NCBI GenBank assembly: GCA_014728125.1
Contig: WJMD01000014.1
Span: 2,202 to 66,201 of the forward strand
DNA: 64,000 nt
Source of the DNA: Candidatus Effluviviaceae Genus V sp.
Lineage (GTDB): Bacteria > Joyebacterota > Joyebacteria > Joyebacterales > Joyebacteraceae
Direction of reading: 5' to 3'
The translations under genes were made by a program, and so were the position numbers. Positions 55,781-64,000 of the stretch are shown piece by piece (within the stretch, counting starts at the first letter, position 1; every line of letters starts with the position of its first letter). The notes under the pieces are model-generated. The model was given only the letters and a program-made list of their open reading frames with translations, made no database searches and was not told where the DNA came from.

Positions 55781-58468
55781 CTAGCCCTGCTCTCCTCTGT
55801 CGGGAGCGGCGCTTCCCATCGCTCTCTCGAGTCCCTCGGGATCGTATCGCTGCCACAGCCCGAGCAGCCAGTCGACCCGGTCCTGCATCCCGAGCTCCTC
55901 GTAGATCGTCAGGACCGCCGGGTAGATCTCGCTTCGTTCGGGCTCGCGCCGGAGCGCTTCCTCGTAGGACTCGAGCGCGGTCCGGTAGTTCGGTCGGGCC
56001 TCCTCCATGCGTCCGGCACGCTTCAGGTCCTCGGCCACCATGAGGTAGACGCCGCCGTGGCGTACCCACGACTCCGTGTTCTCCGGCTGAGCCTCGAGCA
56101 GCCTGTCGGCCAGCGGCATCGCCCTCTCCGGCTGATAGAGCCGGACGGCGTAGATGGCGATAAGGCCGTTCAGCGCGGGACCGTAGGTCGGCGCGAACTT
56201 GAGGGCGATCTCGTAGAGCTTGACGGCCTCCTCGATGTCGGGCGGCGGGTTCTGCATCTCGTGGAAGGCGAGGCGTGAGAACCCCGCGGCGTAGTTCGTG
56301 ATAAGCCGCCGGTAGGTCTGATTCTTGTAGACCTCGTCGATGACGCGCCAATTGTCGTCCTTGTCGACGATGCTGTCGTACCGGTAGTTCTCAAAGCAGT
56401 TCTCGCGGGTCTTCTCCACGTCGATCTGGTAGCGGCCTTCGGACCGGACAAGCTGAAAGACCATCCCCTCGAGTTCGAGGTGGTCGTCGTAGCCCATGAA
56501 GTTGTCGACCGTCACGGCGAAGTAGACCGGCCGCTCCAAGTTGTTTTCCCGAATGAGGTCGTGGATCGTGATGTCCCTGAGCGTGACAAGTCGAAGCTGT
56601 CCCGTGTCGGGGTCGCGGGCCCAGTAGGGATGCATCTCGTCGATCTGCTCGTAGGTGAAGCTGAGCGGGAGCCCTCGCTCCTTGAGCTGGCGTACGTACC
56701 AGTTGATCTGCACGAGCGACAGGTTGACGATCTCGACGTCTTTCCTCACGCCCTCAACCTCCTGGAGATACCAGAGCGGGAACGTATCGTTGTCCCCGTT
56801 GGTAATGAGGATCGCGTCCTCCTCGAGGAAGCTGAGCAGGTTCCATGCGTAGTAGTGCGCCACGTAGTTGTCGCTCCGGTCCTGCTCGAAGTAGTGATGC
56901 TGGAGCGGCCAGAGCGAGATGAGAATGAGCGCTCCGGCTGCCGCGTAGAGTCCCGCCTTGCCCAGCTTCTTCGCCCATCTGACGATCTGGCCGCTGCCGA
57001 TGCCCATCCAGAGCGCCAGTCCGACGTACATCGGGACCCAGAAGTACTCACGCGACCGCACCTCATTGGCCGAGATGTTCAGGTAGAGGAGGAGCCCGAC
57101 CGACGCCGCGGCGAACGCGATGGCCATCATCACGAAGGTGCGCCTGTCGCGCCTGGCATGCACGATGGCGCCCCAGACCGCGAGGAGGAGCGGCCACACA
57201 GTGAACTGCGGGGCCAGGTACGACCAGAGGATGCGGAACTGATTCGAGAACGGCGTACGTCTCGGGAAGAAGTGCATCGGCTCGTACTGCTTCCGCCGCA
57301 TGACGTCGAAGACGAGCTTCCAGGTGTGCGGATTCGACTCGTTGATCGGCGGATTGAGCCTCGCGCGGATCAGGAGATAAGCGTGCACCGAGAGGGCGAG
57401 AAGCCCCAGCACGACCGCCCCGAAGACCATCCGCGCCGGTATCTCGGGACGGTCGATGTGCTCGGTGCGGATCAGGTAAGCGTAGAGAACCACGGCCCCC
57501 GCCGAGATGATGAGCGACAGCAGGAACCACCCGACGGCGAGTCCGCCGTTGTTCGTTCCGCTGGCGATCAGCGCCACGAGCTCGATGACCACGAGGGTCC
57601 AGAGCATGGCGGGCGGCATCATGGCCGCAGGGTGCGCCGCCGCGACGCTCTTCTTTCCCTGCTTCTTCATACGCCTGCGCTCGCCGCGTCCGGGTCGCGC
57701 GCCGGCGTCGTGCCACATCGCCGGCACCGCGTAGTAGAGCGTGGTCAGAAGCCACAGGAGACCGATGCCGTACGCCCCCCACATGACGCCCTTCGACAGC
57801 AGGAAGAACGTCATCCCGAACGGAAGGGCGAGCAGGAAGAGACCGATGTAGCGCGTCTCGAAGAGAATGATGAAGACAAGGAAGGCCGGTGCCCAGAGCA
57901 GGCACCCCATGTGAACGCCGACGCCGAGCGCCAGCAGGTAGATGATCAGGAAGAGGAGTCGTCGGTCCCTCGGCGTTTCCCTGAGTTCAGACCACTTGAG
58001 CACCATCCACAGGGTGACCGCCATGATGAAGATGTTGGTCGCGTAGACCTCGGCCTCGAGGGCGTTCTCCCAGAAACTGAACGAGAAGGCCATGAAGAGG
58101 CACGCCGTAATGCCGGTGACGTAGGTGGGCAGGCCCTCCTCGAAGGACTCGATGCGGCCCTCCCAGCGCTTCCTCATCTTCACGAGCGCGAGGTAGAAGA
58201 AGACGATCGCCAGCGTCGCGGCGACGATCGACGTGAAGTTGACCGCCTGCACGACGTTCGGGAAGGGCAGGAGGGAGAAGAGCCTCGAGATCAGCGTGTA
58301 GATGGGAGAGCCCGGCGGGTGGCCGACGCCCAGGATCGCGCCGACCGCGACGAACTCGCCGTTGTCCCAGAACGAGACGACCGGGCATGTCGTCATCATG
58401 TAGACCGTGAACGCCACGGCCCCCAGCACCCACGCGATGATCATGTTCGTTCGTTGGTGGCGGTACAT
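55781..58468 (-). CDS. DUF2723-domain (PMT/GT39-like glycosyltransferase fold) polytopic membrane protein with C-terminal TPR repeats
   Basis: Start is ATG 58468 (AGGAG RBS; frame verified); the ORF-track start 58714 was rejected. N-terminal DUF2723 helices run through the membrane region. C-terminal TPR-like repeats (YEIALKFAPTYGPALNGLIAIY ...). Confidence 0.7.
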   Translation of the reverse strand: MYRHQRTNMIIAWVLGAVAFTVYMMTTCPVVSFWDNGEFVAVGAILGVGHPPGSPIYTLISRLFSLLPFPNVVQAVNFTSIVAATLAIVFFYLALVKMRKRWEGRIESFEEGLPTYVTGITACLFMAFSFSFWENALEAEVYATNIFIMAVTLWMVLKWSELRETPRDRRLLFLIIYLLALGVGVHMGCLLWAPAFLVFIILFETRYIGLFLLALPFGMTFFLLSKGVMWGAYGIGLLWLLTTLYYAVPAMWHDAGARPGRGERRRMKKQGKKSVAAAHPAAMMPPAMLWTLVVIELVALIASGTNNGGLAVGWFLLSLIISAGAVVLYAYLIRTEHIDRPEIPARMVFGAVVLGLLALSVHAYLLIRARLNPPINESNPHTWKLVFDVMRRKQYEPMHFFPRRTPFSNQFRILWSYLAPQFTVWPLLLAVWGAIVHARRDRRTFVMMAIAFAAASVGLLLYLNISANEVRSREYFWVPMYVGLALWMGIGSGQIVRWAKKLGKAGLYAAAGALILISLWPLQHHYFEQDRSDNYVAHYYAWNLLSFLEEDAILITNGDNDTFPLWYLQEVEGVRKDVEIVNLSLVQINWYVRQLKERGLPLSFTYEQIDEMHPYWARDPDTGQLRLVTLRDITIHDLIRENNLERPVYFAVTVDNFMGYDDHLELEGMVFQLVRSEGRYQIDVEKTRENCFENYRYDSIVDKDDNWRVIDEVYKNQTYRRLITNYAAGFSRLAFHEMQNPPPDIEEAVKLYEIALKFAPTYGPALNGLIAIYAVRLYQPERAMPLADRLLEAQPENTESWVRHGGVYLMVAEDLKRAGRMEEARPNYRTALESYEEALRREPERSEIYPAVLTIYEELGMQDRVDWLLGLWQRYDPEGLERAMGSAAPDRGEQG

Positions 58469-58476
58469 CTGTGCTC

Positions 58477-59244
58477 CTAGCTTCCGGTGGTCTCGGTTGT
58501 CTCGGGCCTCAGAAGCTGCTCCAGTCGCTCCCTCAGCGCCTGCGGCGTCAACCCCCTGGAGATCTGCCCGGCGAGGGCCAGCGAGATCTGTCCGGTCTCC
58601 TCGGAGACGACGACGACGACGGCGTCCGTCTCCTCCGTCAGGCCGACTGCGGCGCGGTGACGCGTCCCCAGCGTGTGCACGAAGTACGGGTTCTGCGAGA
58701 GCGGCAGCGTGCACCGTGCCGCGATGATCCTGTCAGCGTTGATGATGACCGCCCCGTCGTGAAGCGGCGTCAGCGGCGTGAAGATCGAGACGATCAGCGA
58801 CGAGACGACGGGAGAGCCCAGCAGGACCCCGGTCTGGTAGTAGTTGGTGAGCCTCGCCGAACGCTCGATGACGACGAGCGCCCCCGTCTTCTTCTGTGCG
58901 AGCGTCTTCGCCGCCGTCACGACAGCCTCGATGGCCTCGTGCTCCTCGACCTTGACGAACGGCCTGAAGAGCCGGCTCTGACCGACCTGTCCCAGCAACC
59001 GCCGGAGCTCCTGCTGGAAGAGGATGACGAAGATGATCGCCCAGACGCCGCGGAGGCCGGACATCAGCCAGTTCAGAGCGTCGAGCTGAAGCCATCGGGC
59101 GACGAAACCGATGACGACGATGACGATGAGCGAGATGAGCATCTGCATCGCCCGCCGGCCCCGCATGAGCAGCAGAAGCTGATAGACGATGAACGCCATG
59201 ATGGAGACGTCGATGATGTCGATGAGGATCCGCCATCCTGTCAT
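58477..59244 (-). CDS. cdaA: Diadenylate cyclase CdaA (membrane-anchored DAC domain, c-di-AMP synthase)
   Basis: Three N-terminal TM helices. DAC motifs LHDGAVII and GTRHRAAVGLTEETDAVVVVVSEETG. The ATG overlaps the folP stop (ATGA). Confidence 0.85.
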   Translation of the reverse strand: MTGWRILIDIIDVSIMAFIVYQLLLLMRGRRAMQMLISLIVIVVIGFVARWLQLDALNWLMSGLRGVWAIIFVILFQQELRRLLGQVGQSRLFRPFVKVEEHEAIEAVVTAAKTLAQKKTGALVVIERSARLTNYYQTGVLLGSPVVSSLIVSIFTPLTPLHDGAVIINADRIIAARCTLPLSQNPYFVHTLGTRHRAAVGLTEETDAVVVVVSEETGQISLALAGQISRGLTPQALRERLEQLLRPETTETTGS

Positions 59245-60476
59245 GGCATGCGCTCCTCCCGCCGCCCCGAGACGAGGCAGGCATCGACCATGCTCACGGT
59301 CCTGACGGCCGGGCGCACGTCGTGTACCCGGACGATGCGGGCGCCCTGGGCGACCGCGTAGGCGCACGTAGCGAGGGTCCCCTCGATGCGGTCCTCGACC
59401 GGCAGGTCGAGCACCCGGCCGATGAAGCCCTTCCGTGAGGGACCAACGAGCACCGGCCTCCCGAGCGAGGCGAGCTCCGGCAGCCTCCGCAGCAGCTCGA
59501 GGTTGTCCTCCGTAGTCTTCCCGAAGCCCAGCCCCGGGTCAACGATGATCTGGCCGGGGCCGACACCGGCATCACACGCCCTTCGGACGGCGCCGTCGAG
59601 CACGCCGGTGACCTCGCCGACAAGATCGTCGTACGACGGGTCGTGCTGCATGGTCTCCGGGTCGCCCCGCATGTGCATGAGAACGCACGCGGCGCCGGCC
59701 GAGGCCACCGTGTCGGCCATCGCGTCATCACCTCTGAGTGCCGTGACGTCGTTGATGATGACGGCGCCCTCATCGAGGCAGGCCTTCGCTACGGGTGCGC
59801 GGAACGTGTCGACCGAGATCGGTCCCTGCCACCGGTCCGCCAGGCGCTCGACGACCGGGACGATCCGGTCGAGCTCCTCCGGTTCGGTGCAGGGACTCGA
59901 CCCCGGCCGGGTCGAGAGGCCGCCGATGTCGATGATGTCCGCACCCTCGTCCACCATTTCGAGGGCCCGGTCGACGGCCGCCGTGGGGGTGGGATAGCTG
60001 CCTCCGTCGGAGAAGGAGTCGGGCGTCACGTTCAGAATGCCCATAACGTGCACGTGGTCGCCCAGGTCGAGCTCGAACCGGCCGGCGCGAACCGTACAGC
60101 CGCCGCCTCCCGCCACGGCGTCGAGAAGGGCCGCGATGCGCTCTCCGAGGCGGGGGAGATCGAACGGCTGCCAGGACAGCTTCTCGGACAGGAGCCTGAG
60201 CTGGGCGAAGGTCCCGAAGATGATGATATCGGTGCTGTCGACGCCGTGTGTCAGAACGTCCCGGGCGACGGCAGCCTCGCCGCCGATCGAGAGCATCTGC
60301 TGCTTGATGATGTGAGCCGCCGGGACACAGGCCCCCGCGACCTTGACGGCCAGGTACCGGCCCTTGGGCGTCATCGCGTCGATGCCGCCCTCGGAGACGT
60401 CGATGGCGCGCATCTCGCGCGCCGCGTCCTCGAGGGTCTCGATCAGGATGATCCTGGGTGAGAGAACGTCAGCCAT
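59241..60476 (-). CDS. folP: Dihydropteroate synthase with about 130-aa N-terminal extension domain
   Basis: Pterin-binding DHPS motifs ILNVTPDSFSDGG, DIIDIGG, GPSRKGFIG. The N-terminal 130 aa have no assigned function. Confidence 0.8.
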   Translation of the reverse strand: MADVLSPRIILIETLEDAAREMRAIDVSEGGIDAMTPKGRYLAVKVAGACVPAAHIIKQQMLSIGGEAAVARDVLTHGVDSTDIIIFGTFAQLRLLSEKLSWQPFDLPRLGERIAALLDAVAGGGGCTVRAGRFELDLGDHVHVMGILNVTPDSFSDGGSYPTPTAAVDRALEMVDEGADIIDIGGLSTRPGSSPCTEPEELDRIVPVVERLADRWQGPISVDTFRAPVAKACLDEGAVIINDVTALRGDDAMADTVASAGAACVLMHMRGDPETMQHDPSYDDLVGEVTGVLDGAVRRACDAGVGPGQIIVDPGLGFGKTTEDNLELLRRLPELASLGRPVLVGPSRKGFIGRVLDLPVEDRIEGTLATCAYAVAQGARIVRVHDVRPAVRTVSMVDACLVSGRREERMP

Positions 60477-60501
60477 GGTCCCCGGCCGATCCTCGCGCTG
60501 T

Positions 60502-62544
<2,043 letters not shown>

Positions 62545-62579
62545 TCAACCGGCTCCCCGCGGCGCGGCCGCGGTGCTGT

Positions 62580-63119
62580 CTAAGGGACCTCCTCGTCCTC
62601 GACGACGGCGATGTGGGGCAGGTTCCTGTACTTCTGCGCGAGGTCGAGGCCGTAACCGACGACGAAGCGGTCCGGCACGACGAACCCGACGTAGTCGAGG
62701 TCGAGCTCGACCTCGCGTCGCCCCCGGCGATCGAGCAGCGTGCAGATCTTCACGCTCTTCGGGTGGCGCGTCTCGAGGTTCTCGATCAGGTAGCCCAGCG
62801 TGCGTCCTGTGTCGACGATGTCCTCCACGATGATGACGTGGCGTCCCTCGACCGACTCCGAGAGGTCCTCCAGGATCCTGACGACCCCGGAGCTCGTCAT
62901 TCCGTCCCCGTAGCTCGAGACCTCCATGAAGTCGACCTCGACGGGGAGGTCGATGGCGCGGACCAGGTCGGCGAGGAACACGAAGCCGCCCTTGAGGACG
63001 TTCACCAGGATCGGCGGATCGTCGGCGTAGTCCTCCGTGATGACGCGACCCAGCTCCTCGACGCGCTCGCGTATCTGCTTCTCAGAGAGAAGGACGCTTC
63101 CGAACCTCTTCTGCTCCAT
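62580..63119 (-). CDS. hpt: Hypoxanthine-guanine phosphoribosyltransferase
   Basis: PRPP-binding motif VIIVEDIVDTGRTL and the typical Hpt N-terminus (EKQIRERVEELGRVITEDY). Confidence 0.9.
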   Translation of the reverse strand: MEQKRFGSVLLSEKQIRERVEELGRVITEDYADDPPILVNVLKGGFVFLADLVRAIDLPVEVDFMEVSSYGDGMTSSGVVRILEDLSESVEGRHVIIVEDIVDTGRTLGYLIENLETRHPKSVKICTLLDRRGRREVELDLDYVGFVVPDRFVVGYGLDLAQKYRNLPHIAVVEDEEVP

Positions 63120-64000
63120 CGAGTTTCTCCGCCGTGACCCTGAGCACGCGCCGCGTCGCCTCTGTCACAGGCGCCGCCGCGCTTCGCCTCACACCGACGA
63201 CCCAGCAGAGGTCGCCGGCAGCATCGCAGACGATCGGCAGTGCGTCCCGCAGACCGAACGGGATCTTCTCGTCGATCATGAGTTCCTTGAGGCTCTTCGT
63301 GCCGTCCATGCCGAACGGCCGGATGCGGTCGCCCGGACGCCTCGGCCGGACGGACAGCGGGAGCTCGACGGCGTCGAGGTCGAAGACCGTGACACCCTCT
63401 CCCGGATCGGACGCGTCGATCGCGCTCGCTCCATGCGGAGCGACATCCGCCGTGATTCTGAGACGCGCCTCCGGAAACTCGACAGAGCCGGGGACGTCCA
63501 GCCGCGCCTCGGCGAAGGTCGGCGGTCCGTCGCCCTCTGAGACCACAAGACGCCCGTGCTCCAATCTGGCGCGGGCGCCGCCCGGAAGCTCGACCGATGC
63601 CCCGACATCGTCCCTTCTCAGAAGCTCGAGCAAGTTGTCCACGTGGCGGGACGCAAGCGGTGCCAGATCGGGGCGCAGGGACGCGAAGACCCTCCGAAAC
63701 AGGCTCCTCTGCAGTGCCTCATCGTAGTGGGCGAGTTGTGCCGAATCAAGGGCGAAGAGGCCCCGTCGCGTCGACTGAATGACCGAGGGAAGGGCCTCAT
63801 CCGTGGCGCGTTCAAGATGGGCGGCGACGTCGGTCATGATGGCGCCCGTGCGCACCAGCGCGTCGCGGATGGAGGGGTTGTACTCCTCGAGGACTGGCAT
63901 GAGCTCGAGTCGGATGCGGTTCCGCGTGTAGTCGGAGGTCAGGTTCGATGAATCGGTGCGCCAGGCGGCACCGCGTCCTCCAAGCCAGGCTTCGACCTCC
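63082..64000 (-). CDS. tilS: tRNA(Ile)-lysidine synthetase TilS (5' end beyond window)
   Basis: The reading frame stays open past the ORF-track Met 63900 to the window end (...AWRTDSSNLTSDYTRNRIRLELMPVLEEY...). The TilS substrate-binding and C-terminal domains are recognisable. Conserved tilS-hpt-ftsH order. Confidence 0.7.
   Translation of the reverse strand, partial: EVEAWLGGRGAAWRTDSSNLTSDYTRNRIRLELMPVLEEYNPSIRDALVRTGAIMTDVAAHLERATDEALPSVIQSTRRGLFALDSAQLAHYDEALQRSLFRRVFASLRPDLAPLASRHVDNLLELLRRDDVGASVELPGGARARLEHGRLVVSEGDGPPTFAEARLDVPGSVEFPEARLRITADVAPHGASAIDASDPGEGVTVFDLDAVELPLSVRPRRPGDRIRPFGMDGTKSLKELMIDEKIPFGLRDALPIVCDAAGDLCWVVGVRRSAAAPVTEATRRVLRVTAEKLDGAEEVRKRPSL

Noticed and set aside
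55781-58714. ORF-track 977-aa version of the DUF2723 gene (start at 58714)
   Set aside because: The extension would run through the entire cdaA gene on the same strand. ATG 58468 has an AGGAG RBS and begins the first TM helix.

Overview
This is a high-GC (about 68-70%), gene-dense bacterial chromosomal window. Coding is mixed across both strands; most intergenic gaps are short and many stop/start codons overlap. I recognise about 59 protein-coding genes, two of them partial at the window edges. The tol-pal cluster, an outer-membrane beta-barrel protein and Pal indicate a Gram-negative (diderm) envelope. Pyruvate/2-oxoacid:ferredoxin oxidoreductase (KorAB-type) subunits, a B12-binding radical SAM protein and nitroreductases suggest an anaerobic or microaerophilic lifestyle.

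Recognisable blocks, in order:
- rRNA methyltransferase (rsmC-like), gdhA
- Three-gene minus-strand operon: two secreted DUF3857/transglutaminase-like paralogs (one catalytically degenerate) followed by a cytoplasmic protein that fuses a pseudo-receiver, a receiver, and a PEP-synthase/rifampin-phosphotransferase-like ATP-grasp plus swivelling-His module. This is the most unusual system in the window.
- HAD hydrolase, M50 site-2 protease
- TusA–DsrE–IscS sulfur-relay operon
- arsR-controlled thiol-redox/arsenic island: Trx lipoprotein, CcdA, ArsP-like permease, small Trx, CxxC protein, ArsC
- lexA with two TGCNC-N4-GTGCA (Fibrobacter-type) SOS boxes heading a long co-directional operon: SagB-like, small ORF, fpg, dinB, DUF72, yjbQ, MrfA-like helicase. 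A MrfB/YprB-like exonuclease lies 3.5 kb further on.
- korAB plus nitroreductase; OMP; SSS symporter with an upstream 40-aa micro-ORF; PHP phosphatase
- Yip1–tolQRAB–pal–LysM coiled-coil lipoprotein
- CN-hydrolase, DUF885 plus tandem M16 peptidase
- tilS–hpt–ftsH–folP–cdaA–DUF2723/TPR operon

I found no rRNA, tRNA, CRISPR array or obvious mobile element. I located several intrinsic terminators and promoters by eye. Many long ORFs antisense to recognised genes in the six-frame track are high-GC artefacts and were rejected. All start-codon choices were made by manual RBS and frame inspection and carry uncertainty.
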